From: Acidimicrobiales bacterium
GTDB taxonomy: Bacteria; Actinomycetota; Acidimicrobiia; Acidimicrobiales; Bog-793
NCBI GenBank assembly: GCA_050015175.1
Contig: JBEKBX010000004.1
Location: 56,104 to 120,103, forward strand
Reading direction: 5' to 3'
Length of the DNA: 64,000 nucleotides
This document shows positions 37,548 through 49,774 of this stretch, piece after piece. The position numbers and the translations under genes are program-made. The stretch's first letter is position 1. Each line of letters opens with the position of its first letter. The notes under the pieces are model-generated. The model made no database searches. It was not told the origin of the DNA and saw only the letters and a list, made by a program, of their open reading frames with translations.

Positions 37548-40073
37548 GTGCCGGGCGGAATCGTCGACGACGTTGGCAAGCCCCCGGCCACCCAGGTGCC
37601 GTCGCCGTCGCCATCCCCCGCCAGCGTGAGCGCCGGCGCCGAGAGGTTCAGCCGCGAGGAATTGGGCGATGTCGTCATCCTCCCCGAGTCGCTCTCTTAC
37701 CGCCTGAAGAAGGCGCTGCTCGGTCCGCCGCTCATCACCGAGCGCCTTTCCGTCGAGCGGCTCGGCAAACCGACCGCGCTCGGAGTCCTGTCCCCGGACT
37801 GCATCTCCTCCACGGCCTATGGAACCGAGGAGATCCTCTTCGTGCTGGTCAGGGCGATCGGAGTGGCCGCCTTCAGCCTTCTGTTGCCGATCACCCTGGC
37901 CGTCATAGTCGTGCTCTTGTTCGTGACCCTCTCATACCGAGAAGTCGTCATGGTCTACACGCGAGCCGGAGGCTCGTATGTCGTGGCCAGGGAGAACTTC
38001 GGGGTCAAGGTGGCGCAGATAGCGGCGGTCGCCTTGATCATCGACTACGTCGTCACCGTTGCCGTTCAGGTCGCTGCGGGGACCGACGCCTTGACGTCGG
38101 CTTTTCCGGTACTCGCGCACGGCGAGGTCCCCGTTGTGATCTCGGTGGCCGTCGTGGCGCTCATGTGCTACGGCAACCTGCGCGGGATCCGCGAGGCGGG
38201 CCGCATGTTCGCCCTTCCGACCTACCTGTTCATCACCGCGACCGGTTCGGTGATCATCATCGGCCTCATCCGGGCCGCGCTCGGCCAGTTGCACGCGCAC
38301 TCGATCCACCACCCCGGTGTCGTGCCCATCGGCACGCCCGGCAGCGGCCTTTTCTACGGGGCGGGGATCATCATCGTGCTGCGCGCATTCGCCAACGGTG
38401 GGTCGTCGCTGACGGGCCTCGAGGCGATCTCGAACGGGGTCTCGACGTTCCGCCCGCCCGAAGGTCCCAACGCCCGCCGGGTGCTCGTCATCATGTCGAT
38501 AATCCTCGGCTCGCTCGTGTCCGGGGTCTCGCTGCTCGCCCACATCACCCACGCCGTGCCCTACGTGCACGGCTCCCCGACGGTGCTCTCCCAGGAGGCG
38601 GAGTACGTCTTCGGCTCGGCCTGGTTCGGGAGGTTCGGCTTCTTCTTCGTGCAGGCCGCCACGATGCTCATCCTCTGGACGGGCGGCAACACGAGCTTCA
38701 ACGGGTTCCCGAACCTCGCAAGCTTCGTCGCGGAGGACTCCTTCCTCCCGCACCGCCTCACGCGCCGCGGCCACCGGCTCGTCTTCTCGAACGGGATCAT
38801 CATCCTCACCATCGCCGCCGAGGCGCTTCTCATCGTCACCCGGGCGCAGGTGGACGTCCTCGTCGGCGTGTACGCGGTCGGCGTCTTCACCGGCTTCACC
38901 TTTGCGGGCTTCGGCATGGCCAAGCACCACATCCGCACGCGGGAGAAGGGGTGGAGGTACAAGCTCGCCATCAACGGCTTCGCCGGTGTGCTGTCGCTCA
39001 GCGTCGTGCTCATCTTCGTCATCGTGAAGTTCCGGGAAGGCGTCTGGATCGTGGTCCTGCTGTTCCTCATCCTCGTCCCCACCCTGATCCGGCTCCACAA
39101 GCAGTACGACGAGGAGCGCAAGGAGCTGGAGGAGAACGTCAACAAGGCCGTCGTGGCCCCGATCCTGCGCCGCCACGTCGTCCTCGTGTTCGTCGACCGG
39201 CTGGACCTCGCCGATGCCCGCGCCCTGCAGTACGCCCGGATGCTCGACCCGGACGAGCTCCGCGCGGTGCACTTCGTGCTCGACAGTGCGCGCGCGGCCG
39301 AGCTCGAGGCCCAATGGGCCGAGCTCGGGCTCTCGCGCTTTCCTCTCGACCTCGTCGAGTGCCCCGACCGTCGTCTCATCAGGGCCTCGATGGAGCTGAT
39401 AGCCGATGTGGCGGCCGACGGCCAGACGGAGGTCAGCGTCCTCCTGCCGCACCGCGTCGTCGCCGGTTACTGGCAACGCCTGCTGCACGACCGCACGTCG
39501 GACCGCATCGCCGCGTACGTCGGCGAGCTCCCCAACGTGAACGCGACGATCGTGCCCTTCCAGCTCGGCAAGCGCCGGAGGCAATTGGTGCCCTGGAAGG
39601 CGGGGGGAGAGCAGGGGTCCGGGGCGATGCACGACGCCGAGTTCGGCACGATCGAGCCGAGCCGGGCGGCGCGCGAGGCGGGCGCGAAGACGGCGGCCGA
39701 GCGCGTCGCCGGGTTCCAGAGCGCCTCGTTGTCAGGTCTTGCCGCCGGTGCCGTCCCGATCGGCGACCTGCGCCCGCGTCAGCGTGCCCGGGTCGCGGGG
39801 CGCATCCGGACCGTGCGCGTCCAGCCGCGAGCGGGCGTGTCCTCTCTCGAGTGCACGATCGCGGACGGGACCGGGCAGCTGATGGCCGTGTTCCAGGGCC
39901 GCCGGCGCGTGGCCGGCATCGAGCCGGGGGCCCGTGTCGTGCTCGAAGGGATGGTCGCCACCCGTGGCCGCAACGTCGGCATGGTGAACCCCCTCTACTG
40001 GGTGATCTCGACGCCCGATCACGCCGAGGCTCCTCCGACAGGCCCCGGCGGGGGCACTGCCTCGCACAGCTGA
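37548..40073 (+). CDS. KimA/YdaO-like APC permease with a C-terminal OB-fold
   Basis: PDCISSTAYGTEE, GGSYVVARENFG, IDY, LTGLEAISNGV, FSNGI; cytosolic domain, then an OB-fold-like tail (ADGTG...FQGRRRVAGIEPG...MVNP). Start uncertain. Confidence 0.88.
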   Translation: MPGGIVDDVGKPPATQVPSPSPSPASVSAGAERFSREELGDVVILPESLSYRLKKALLGPPLITERLSVERLGKPTALGVLSPDCISSTAYGTEEILFVLVRAIGVAAFSLLLPITLAVIVVLLFVTLSYREVVMVYTRAGGSYVVARENFGVKVAQIAAVALIIDYVVTVAVQVAAGTDALTSAFPVLAHGEVPVVISVAVVALMCYGNLRGIREAGRMFALPTYLFITATGSVIIIGLIRAALGQLHAHSIHHPGVVPIGTPGSGLFYGAGIIIVLRAFANGGSSLTGLEAISNGVSTFRPPEGPNARRVLVIMSIILGSLVSGVSLLAHITHAVPYVHGSPTVLSQEAEYVFGSAWFGRFGFFFVQAATMLILWTGGNTSFNGFPNLASFVAEDSFLPHRLTRRGHRLVFSNGIIILTIAAEALLIVTRAQVDVLVGVYAVGVFTGFTFAGFGMAKHHIRTREKGWRYKLAINGFAGVLSLSVVLIFVIVKFREGVWIVVLLFLILVPTLIRLHKQYDEERKELEENVNKAVVAPILRRHVVLVFVDRLDLADARALQYARMLDPDELRAVHFVLDSARAAELEAQWAELGLSRFPLDLVECPDRRLIRASMELIADVAADGQTEVSVLLPHRVVAGYWQRLLHDRTSDRIAAYVGELPNVNATIVPFQLGKRRRQLVPWKAGGEQGSGAMHDAEFGTIEPSRAAREAGAKTAAERVAGFQSASLSGLAAGAVPIGDLRPRQRARVAGRIRTVRVQPRAGVSSLECTIADGTGQLMAVFQGRRRVAGIEPGARVVLEGMVATRGRNVGMVNPLYWVISTPDHAEAPPTGPGGGTASHS

Positions 40074-40158
40074 ACGTCGCCCGCGAAACCCGCCCCGCAG
40101 AACCCGGGCACGATCGCCGCCGGCGACGTGGCGAAGGGCAACGGCCCCGGCCCCTGAG

Positions 40159-40207
40159 TGCGCAATTAATTGCGCAGTTTGAATCTGCCCGCCGCCTACC
40201 GTATTGT
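40159..40207 (+). promoter_or_regulatory. SigA-type promoter with an abutting perfect palindrome
   Basis: TGCGCAATTAATTGCGCA (40159-40176), then TTGAAT-N17-TATTGT (40179-40207); AAGGAG RBS at 40225. Confidence 0.7.
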
Positions 40208-40236
40208 CCGAGCCGTCCCGACCAAAGGAGCTAATA

Positions 40237-42606
<2,370 letters not shown>

Positions 42607-42660
42607 GCCAATGCGGACCGGCGCAAGCTGGGCCGTCCGCCCTCACCAGGACGAGCACAT

Positions 42661-45624
42661 ATGCCCAAGCCACTAGTCATCGTCGAGTCCCCAGCGAAGG
42701 CCAAGACCATCGCCGGCTATCTCGGCGGTGACTACGTCGTCGAGTCCTCGATAGGCCACATACGTGATCTCCCGCGGTCCGCGGCGGACGTGCCGTCGGC
42801 CTTCAAGGCAGAGCCCTGGGCTCGTCTCGGCGTCGACGTGGACAACGACTTCAAGCCCCTCTACGTCGTGTCGCGGGAGAAGAAGGAACAGGTCGCGAAG
42901 CTCCGCCGCCTCGTCGGCGCGGCGAGCGAGGTCTATCTCGCGACAGACGAGGACCGTGAAGGCGAGTCGATCGCGTGGCACCTCGTCGAGGTGCTCTCGC
43001 CCAGGGTCCCGGTCTCGCGCATGGTTTTCCACGAGATCACGCCCGCCGCCATCCGCGCCGCCATCGAGCACCCCCGTGACCTCGATCGCCGCCTCGTCGA
43101 CGCGCAAGAGGCGAGGCGCATCCTCGACCGCCTCTACGGCTACGAGGTCTCACCGGTGCTGTGGCGCAAGGTCGCCAAGGGCCTCTCCGCCGGCCGGGTG
43201 CAGAGCGTCGCCACCCGGATCGTGGTCGAGCGCGAGCGCGAGCGCATGCGGTTCCGCTCCGCCGGCTGGTGCAGCGTCGAAGGCACCTTCTCCGCCGAGT
43301 CACAACCCTTCCTGGCACGCCTGGTGGAGATCGGCGACCGCCGCGTCGCGACGGGCGAGGACTTCAGCCCGACCGGGACGCTGAGCTCACCGGACGAGGT
43401 CGTCCTCCTCGACGAGGAAGGAGCCCGTGGCATCGTCGCGGCCCTGACAGGCACCGAGTTCGAAGTGGCGAGCGTCGAGGAACGCCCTTACCGGCGATCG
43501 CCGGCCGCCCCCTTCATCACCTCCACGCTCCAGCAGGAGGCTGCGCGCAAGTTGCGGTTCTCCGCGCAAAGGGCCATGCAGGTCGCGCAGCGGCTGTACG
43601 AGCGGGGCTACATCACCTACATGCGGACCGACTCGACGACGCTGTCCGACACCGCCGTCAGGGCCGCCAGGGAGCAGGCCCAGGCCCTGTACGGCGCGCA
43701 GTCCGTGCCGCGCTCCCCCCGCCTGTACCGGAGCAAGGTGAAGAACGCGCAGGAAGCTCACGAGGCGATCCGGCCCGCCGGGGACCGCTTCCGCACCCCC
43801 GCCCAGATCGCGGGCGAGCTGAGAGGCGAGGAGCGCAGCCTCTACGAGCTCGTGTGGCAGCGGACCGTTGCATCGCAGATGAACGACGTGACCGGGACGA
43901 CCGTACGGGCGCGGATCCAGGGCCGCACCCTGACCGCGTCGCCTGTCGCCGCCGCCGGGTCGGTCACCGTCTTCATGGCGACGGGGACGGTCATCACCGA
44001 TCCCGGTTTCCTCGCGGTCTACAGGGAGGACGAGGACGAGAACGGCGACGGGCGCGAGCGCCGCAGCGACCAGGACGTCCGCCTGCCCCGGCTAGTCGCC
44101 GGGGGAGGCGTCGACTGCGACCGCCTCGAGGTGGAGGAGCACGCGACCAAGCCGCCGGCGCGCTACACCGAGGCTTCGCTCGTCCGCCGCCTCGAGGAGT
44201 TGGGCGTCGGGCGGCCCTCGACCTACGCCAGCATCATCGGCACCATCCAGGACCGCGGCTATGTGTGGAAGAGAGGCACGGCGCTGATCCCGTCCTTCAC
44301 CGCCTTCGCTGTCGTCGGGCTCTTGGAGGACCACTTCGCGAACCTTGTCGACTACGGCTTCACGGCTTCCATGGAGGACGATCTCGACGACATCGCCTCG
44401 GGCAGCGAGGAACAGGTCCCGTGGCTCGAGCGCTTCTATTTCGGCGAGCACAGGCCGGGCGCCCCTCGGCGCGCCAAGGCGACCGGCCACTCGCTCGCGG
44501 TCGACGGCGCCCACGGCCTCAAGGAGGCCGTGTCGTTGCATCTCGACGAGATAGACGCCCGGGAGGTGAACTCGATCCCATTGGCCACCGATGCCGGCGG
44601 GCGCGAGATCGTGATCCGCGTCGGTCGCTACGGCCCGTACCTTCAGCGTGGGGAGGACCGCGCGGCGGTGCCGGGCGACCTCGCCCCCGACGAGCTCACC
44701 TTGGAGCGTGCCGAGGAGCTCCTCGAGCATCCGTCTTCGGACCGCGTCCTCGGCGACGACCCGGTGACGGGCAAAGCCGTACTCGTGAGAGCGGGGCGTT
44801 TCGGGCCCTACGTTCAGCTCGGTGAGGCGGCGACCGCGGCGGACAAGCCGCGGACCGCCTCGTTGCTCAAGACGATGAGCGCCTTAGACATCACCCTCGA
44901 GCAGGCCCTGCAGATACTGCAGCTGCCCCGGACGATCGGCGCTGACCCCGAGACCGGTGAGGAGATCGTCGCGGCCAACGGCCGGTTCGGGCCGTTCATG
45001 AAGCGAGGTGCCGAAACCCGCAGCCTCGAGACCGAGGACCAGCTGTTCACGGTGACCATCGAGGAGGCGCTGTCACTGTTCTCGGCGCCCAAGCAGCGTC
45101 GCTACGGCACTTCCGCGGCTCCCCTCCGCGAGCTCGGCACCGATCCGGAGTCGGGCACCGCGGTCGTGCTGCGCTCGGGCCGTTTCGGGCCGTATGTCAC
45201 CGACGGGACGACCAACGCCTCGTTGCGGCGAGGCGACGACCCCGACGAGCTGACTCTCGAACGTGCTGTCGAGCTGATCGCGGAGCGCCGGGCGGCCGGT
45301 CCGTCCAGGCGGCCGACCACCCGCAAGGCGACGGGCGCGGCGAAGAAGGCGGGTGCCCGCAAGGCGACGGGCGTGGCGAAGAAGGCAGGTGTCCGCAAGG
45401 CGACCGGCGCGGCGAAGAAGGCGGGTGCCCGCAAGACGACCGGCGCGGCGAAGAAGGCGGGTGTTCGCAAGACGACGGGCGCGGCGAAGAAAGCCGCCGT
45501 TCGCAAGTCCACAGGAGCCAAGAAGGCCGGGGCGGCGAAGAAGGCCGGGGTTCGCAGAGCCCCGGGAGCGGCGATCAGGACGGCAAGCCGAGGGCCGGCT
45601 TCGCAATCTGACGACGACTGGTAG
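42661..45624 (+). CDS. topA: DNA topoisomerase I, actinobacterial type
   Basis: IVESPAKAKTI, ATDEDREGE, SAGRVQS, GYITYMRTDS, AQEAHEAIRP; four GR(Y/F)GP C-terminal repeats; Lys-rich tail. Confidence 0.97.
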   Translation: MPKPLVIVESPAKAKTIAGYLGGDYVVESSIGHIRDLPRSAADVPSAFKAEPWARLGVDVDNDFKPLYVVSREKKEQVAKLRRLVGAASEVYLATDEDREGESIAWHLVEVLSPRVPVSRMVFHEITPAAIRAAIEHPRDLDRRLVDAQEARRILDRLYGYEVSPVLWRKVAKGLSAGRVQSVATRIVVERERERMRFRSAGWCSVEGTFSAESQPFLARLVEIGDRRVATGEDFSPTGTLSSPDEVVLLDEEGARGIVAALTGTEFEVASVEERPYRRSPAAPFITSTLQQEAARKLRFSAQRAMQVAQRLYERGYITYMRTDSTTLSDTAVRAAREQAQALYGAQSVPRSPRLYRSKVKNAQEAHEAIRPAGDRFRTPAQIAGELRGEERSLYELVWQRTVASQMNDVTGTTVRARIQGRTLTASPVAAAGSVTVFMATGTVITDPGFLAVYREDEDENGDGRERRSDQDVRLPRLVAGGGVDCDRLEVEEHATKPPARYTEASLVRRLEELGVGRPSTYASIIGTIQDRGYVWKRGTALIPSFTAFAVVGLLEDHFANLVDYGFTASMEDDLDDIASGSEEQVPWLERFYFGEHRPGAPRRAKATGHSLAVDGAHGLKEAVSLHLDEIDAREVNSIPLATDAGGREIVIRVGRYGPYLQRGEDRAAVPGDLAPDELTLERAEELLEHPSSDRVLGDDPVTGKAVLVRAGRFGPYVQLGEAATAADKPRTASLLKTMSALDITLEQALQILQLPRTIGADPETGEEIVAANGRFGPFMKRGAETRSLETEDQLFTVTIEEALSLFSAPKQRRYGTSAAPLRELGTDPESGTAVVLRSGRFGPYVTDGTTNASLRRGDDPDELTLERAVELIAERRAAGPSRRPTTRKATGAAKKAGARKATGVAKKAGVRKATGAAKKAGARKTTGAAKKAGVRKTTGAAKKAAVRKSTGAKKAGAAKKAGVRRAPGAAIRTASRGPASQSDDDW
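45322..45558 (+). repeat. 36-bp tandem repeat encoding RK(A/T)TG(A/V)AKKAG(A/V)
   Basis: Five near-complete units starting at 45322, 45358, 45394, 45430 and 45466, followed by degenerate copies. Confidence 0.9.
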
Positions 45625-45722
45625 ATTTCGCGGCTCTTCCGGGGCGACGGGGAGCTCTGGCAGCCGAAGCGTCCAAGCCTGGAACGAGGCCGGTTTCCGT
45701 GGACGACCCGAGGGGGCAAAGC

Positions 45723-46424
45723 GTGGCAAAGAAGCTTGTGGCAGAACTACTGGGCACGTTCATCCTCGTTTTCTTCGCCGTCGGGAGCGCGGTGGGCGGG
45801 ATCAACGTGATCGGACCCGCCGGCGTCGCCCTCGCCTTCGGCCTCGTGCTGTTGGCTCTCGTCTACGCGATCGGGCCCGTGTCGGGTTGCCACGTCAACC
45901 CGGCGGTCACCCTCGGAGCTGTGATCTCAGGGCGAGTCACGTTGAACGAGGCGGTCGGCTACTGGGTTGTGCAGTTCATCGGAGGTATCGCCGGCGGTGC
46001 CATGTTGAAGCTCATGACCTCCAGTTTCGGCAAGGTGGTCGACCGGACGGGCGGGCTCGGCACCGACGCGTACGGCAAGCACATCAGCGAGGGAGGTGCT
46101 TTCGTGCTCGAGATCGTCCTGACGTTCCTCCTCGTTTTCGTGGTGCTCATGGTCACAGAGAAGCAGGCGGCCGTCGGCTTCGCCGGGTTGGCGATTGGCC
46201 TGTCGCTGACCGTGATCCACCTGGTGGGCATCCCGCTGGACGGCACGTCGGTGAACCCGGCACGGGCGCTCGGCCCGGCGCTGTTCGAGGGCGGGACCGC
46301 GCTCAGCCAGGTGTGGCTGTTCATCGTGGCGCCGCTCGTGGGCGGCGTGCTGGCGGCGGGCGTGAACATCTTCCTTAGGCGCGAGTCGAAGCCGCTCGAA
46401 CCGGAGCTGAAGGCCGAGGCCTAG
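45723..46424 (+). CDS. aqpZ: Aquaporin Z-type MIP channel
   Basis: SGCHVNPAVT and GTSVNPAR; F/H/T/R filter residues typical of water channels. Confidence 0.88.
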   Translation: MAKKLVAELLGTFILVFFAVGSAVGGINVIGPAGVALAFGLVLLALVYAIGPVSGCHVNPAVTLGAVISGRVTLNEAVGYWVVQFIGGIAGGAMLKLMTSSFGKVVDRTGGLGTDAYGKHISEGGAFVLEIVLTFLLVFVVLMVTEKQAAVGFAGLAIGLSLTVIHLVGIPLDGTSVNPARALGPALFEGGTALSQVWLFIVAPLVGGVLAAGVNIFLRRESKPLEPELKAEA

Positions 46425-46512
46425 CAACACCAGGATTCTCGGGCCCTTTCCACCTCGACGGATGCCCGGAAGGTCACTCGCGTTCGCACAGGCCCACCGT
46501 TAACGTTCGGGC

Positions 46513-46989
46513 ATGCCCGACATCATCAACTATCGCCACTACATCCACCCCCACACCAAGGCCGTCCTGGAAGGCGAGACGCGCCCGACCAAGGTGAACG
46601 ACCACCGCGTCCAGGGCAAGTCCGGATTCGGCAGGCTCAACGCCAAGATCGGCCTCATGATCACGCTCGGCGTCGGAACGATGATCTGCGCCTACATCTT
46701 CGCGATCATCGCCCTGATAAGCCTGCCCTCGGCGATCAAGAGTCACAACCTGACGATCATCATCGCCTGGATCAGCTCGAACTTCCTCCAGTTGGTGCTC
46801 CTGCCGGTCATCATCGTCGGTCAGAACATCCAGGCGGCTGCGAGCGACAAGCGCGCCGAGGACACTTACAAGGACGCCGAGGCCGTCTTGCACGAGGCGA
46901 TCGAGATCCAAAAGCACCTCGCCTCCCAGGACGAGGCCATCACCGAGATGGTGAGCAAGCTGAGAGACATCGCCCCCTCGGCCGCCTGA
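46513..46989 (+). CDS. DUF1003-like membrane protein
   Basis: VGTM..AY, FLQLVLLPVIIVGQN, coiled C-terminus; TAACGT -10 six nt upstream. Confidence 0.7.
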   Translation: MPDIINYRHYIHPHTKAVLEGETRPTKVNDHRVQGKSGFGRLNAKIGLMITLGVGTMICAYIFAIIALISLPSAIKSHNLTIIIAWISSNFLQLVLLPVIIVGQNIQAAASDKRAEDTYKDAEAVLHEAIEIQKHLASQDEAITEMVSKLRDIAPSAA

Positions 46990-47058
46990 GCGGACGATGC
47001 CGCCCCCGACGACGCGGTCAGACCGTCCCCGGGGACGTGACGCTCTAACCTTCGAGCC

Positions 47059-47703
47059 GTGCGCACTGCGGGGCGGTTGATCGCGATCGAAGGGGGCGAG
47101 GGCGTCGGCAAGTCCACCCAGGCAGCGGTTCTCGCCTCCGAGATAGGTGCCGTGCTGAGTCGCGAGCCGGGTGGCAGCCCGGTCGCCGAGCGCATCCGGG
47201 ACCTTCTCCTGGACCGGTCGCTGGGCACCCTCGCACCGAGAGCGGAGCTCTACCTCGTCCTCGCCGCTCGCGCCGAGCACCTGAGGGTGCGCATCGAGCC
47301 CGCGCTCGCGGCCGGCAGCCACGTCGTGGTCGACCGGTTCGCCGGCTCGACGCTCGCCTACCAGGGCTACGGTCGAGGATTGCCCGTCGAAGAGGTGCGC
47401 CGCGCGTGCGATCTCGCCTCCGGCGGCAGGTGGCCGGACCTTTCAGTCCTCTTGGACATGCCCCGCGATGTGGCAGAGCGCCGCCGCGCGGCCCAGCAGG
47501 TGCAGCTGCCGGGCGTGGGAACGGACCGTATCGAAGCCGAGGAACCGGGATTCCACAGGAGGGTCAACGACGGTTTCCGCGAGCTCGCCGCGGACGACGC
47601 CGAGCACTGGGTGGTCGTCGACGGCAGTGCGCCGGCGTCCGAGGTCGCGGCTCGAGTGCTCACAGCCGTCCGGGCTCGTCTCGGCATCGGCGGTCGCAGG
47701 TGA
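47059..47703 (+). CDS. tmk: Thymidylate kinase
   Basis: EGGEGVGKST, REPGG, DRF..S.LAYQG.GR, DRIE. Confidence 0.95.
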   Translation: MRTAGRLIAIEGGEGVGKSTQAAVLASEIGAVLSREPGGSPVAERIRDLLLDRSLGTLAPRAELYLVLAARAEHLRVRIEPALAAGSHVVVDRFAGSTLAYQGYGRGLPVEEVRRACDLASGGRWPDLSVLLDMPRDVAERRRAAQQVQLPGVGTDRIEAEEPGFHRRVNDGFRELAADDAEHWVVVDGSAPASEVAARVLTAVRARLGIGGRR

Positions 47704-48773
47704 GCTCCGCCGAGGCTCCTTCACGCGCCCCCGTTCTGGACCGCGTGAAGGGTCAGTCGGGAGCGGTCGAGCTTCTCCGCGGAGCGTCGCGCGCACCCGT
47801 GCACGCCTATCTGTTCATAGGCCCGCCAGGCACCGGTCGCCGCGACGCCGCGGTGGCCTTTGGCGCTGCCCTCTTGTGTCCGACCGGCGGTTGCGGCGAG
47901 TGCGCGTCGTGCCGGGAGGCGCTCGCGCTCCGGCATCCCGATCTCGAGGTGATCGAGCGTGTGGGCGCATCGATCTCGGTCGACCAAGCGCGCGAAGTGG
48001 CGCGCATGGCCCTGCGCACGCCGAGGGTCGCCCGGTACCAGGTGCTCGTCCTCGTCGACTTCGACCTCGTCGAGAAGGCGGCGCCGGCGCTGTTGAAGAC
48101 GATCGAGGAGCCTCCGGACACGACCGTGATCATCCTCATCGCGGAGACCGTCCCGAGTCCGTTCGTCACCATCGCGAGCCGGTGCGTCCAGGTCCAGTTC
48201 AAGCCGCTCGACGACGACGCGATCATCGAGGTTCTGATCGGCGAGGGCGTCGGCGTCGCGACGGCGACGTCAGTCGCCGGCGCCGCGGGCGGGCGCCTCG
48301 ACCGGGCCAGGCTGCTGGCACGTGACCCGGGCTTCGCAGAGCGGTTGCGACTATGGAGAACCCTCCCGGGCCGCCTGGACGGGACGGGCGCCATGGTTGC
48401 CGAGCTCGCCGACGAGCTGCTCGCTTCGGTCGCCGAGCCGGTCGAGGTCGTGCGCGCACGGCAGGCCGAGGAGCTGACCCAACTCCAGGAGGAGGCCGAG
48501 CTGCGGGGCGAGAAGTCGATCCCGGGCCGATCGGTCATCGAGGAGCGTCACAGTCGGGAGCTACGGCGCGTGCGCACCGACGAGATCCGCGCCGGGCTTG
48601 CTGTGCTGTCCACGGTCTGCCGTGAGCGTCTGGCCGAACCAGAGCTGTCCGTCCAGCGCCTCCGGTCCACCCTCGCCGCGATCGCGGCCATCGACGAGGC
48701 CTCGACGCGCCTCAGCCGCAACGTCAACGTGACGATGCTGCTGCAGTGGCTGTTGTTGCACCTCGAGACCTGA
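47700..48773 (+). CDS. holB: DNA polymerase III subunit delta'
   Basis: HAYLFIGPPGTG, CPTGGCGECASC, HPD, LLKTIEEPP, TIASRC; GTGA overlap with tmk. Confidence 0.9.
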   Translation: MSSAEAPSRAPVLDRVKGQSGAVELLRGASRAPVHAYLFIGPPGTGRRDAAVAFGAALLCPTGGCGECASCREALALRHPDLEVIERVGASISVDQAREVARMALRTPRVARYQVLVLVDFDLVEKAAPALLKTIEEPPDTTVIILIAETVPSPFVTIASRCVQVQFKPLDDDAIIEVLIGEGVGVATATSVAGAAGGRLDRARLLARDPGFAERLRLWRTLPGRLDGTGAMVAELADELLASVAEPVEVVRARQAEELTQLQEEAELRGEKSIPGRSVIEERHSRELRRVRTDEIRAGLAVLSTVCRERLAEPELSVQRLRSTLAAIAAIDEASTRLSRNVNVTMLLQWLLLHLET

Positions 48774-48789
48774 CCGGGCCCGCGCGCGA

Positions 48790-49770
48790 GTGACCGACAT
48801 GTCTGGAGCGAGCACGGCTGAAGTCGTGGTTGTCGGAAGCCTGTCGATGGATCTCACGGCCAGCACGGCAAGGATGCCTTCGGCCGGCGAGACCGTGATC
48901 GGCACCTCCTTCACGATGGTGCCCGGGGGCAAGGGCAACAACCAGGCCGTGGCGTGCGCCCGCCAGGGCGTGGCCACCGCGATGGTCGGTCGTGTCGGCT
49001 CGGACGCGTTCGGAGAAATCATCCGGGCACAGTTGGTCGCCGAAGGCGTCGATGTCTCGCATCTCTCGACGGACCCGGACGGCGCCACCGGGATCGCGCA
49101 CATAACGGTGGACGCGACAGGCCAGAACTTCATCATCGTCGTCCCCCGGTCCAACCGTGCGCTCACGCTTCGGCACGTCGACGAGGCGGCGGGGCTGATC
49201 GGAGACGCCACGGTCCTGCTCGTGCAGCTCGAGGTACGGCTCGAGGTCGTGCGTGCCGCGCTCGAGACGGCGAAGCGCGCCGGCACGACGACGATGCTCA
49301 ATCCGGCGCCTGCGCTGGCTCTCGACGACAGGCTCCTGTCGAAGGTCGACATCTGCCTCCCGAACGAGGTCGAGGCCGCGGCACTGGCGCACACGACCGT
49401 CGACGATGCCCAAGGGGCAGTCCGGGCCGCCCGCGCACTTCTTTCCCGTGGCTGTGGTGCCGTCGTCGTGACGCTCGGGGAAAAAGGCGCGGTCTATGTC
49501 GACAACGAGCGCGTGCTGGAGGTGGCTTCTCTGCCGGTACCCGTCGTCGACACGGTGGCCGCCGGCGACGCCTTCTGCGGCGTGCTCGCGAGCGCGCTCG
49601 CCCGCGGCTCGGACCTCGAGACCGGCCTCGCCCGGGCGACCGCGGCAGGGGCTCTGGCCGTGGGCGTCGCGGGTGCCACCCCCTCGTTGCCGAGCGCCCG
49701 GGCAGTGGACGAAATGCTCGCCAGGTTCGCGACGGCGGAGGTCGGCAAGCCCCGGCCGCCGCTCACCTGA
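48790..49770 (+). CDS. rbsK: Ribokinase (PfkB family)
   Basis: GSLSMD, PGGKGNNQAVA, QLE, NPAPA, PNEVEA, DTVAAGDAF. Confidence 0.85.
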   Translation: MTDMSGASTAEVVVVGSLSMDLTASTARMPSAGETVIGTSFTMVPGGKGNNQAVACARQGVATAMVGRVGSDAFGEIIRAQLVAEGVDVSHLSTDPDGATGIAHITVDATGQNFIIVVPRSNRALTLRHVDEAAGLIGDATVLLVQLEVRLEVVRAALETAKRAGTTTMLNPAPALALDDRLLSKVDICLPNEVEAAALAHTTVDDAQGAVRAARALLSRGCGAVVVTLGEKGAVYVDNERVLEVASLPVPVVDTVAAGDAFCGVLASALARGSDLETGLARATAAGALAVGVAGATPSLPSARAVDEMLARFATAEVGKPRPPLT

Positions 49771-49774
49771 ACCT

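Noticed and set aside
45322-45558. 36-bp repeats as a CRISPR array
   Set aside because: No spacers, in-frame within topA, and no cas genes.
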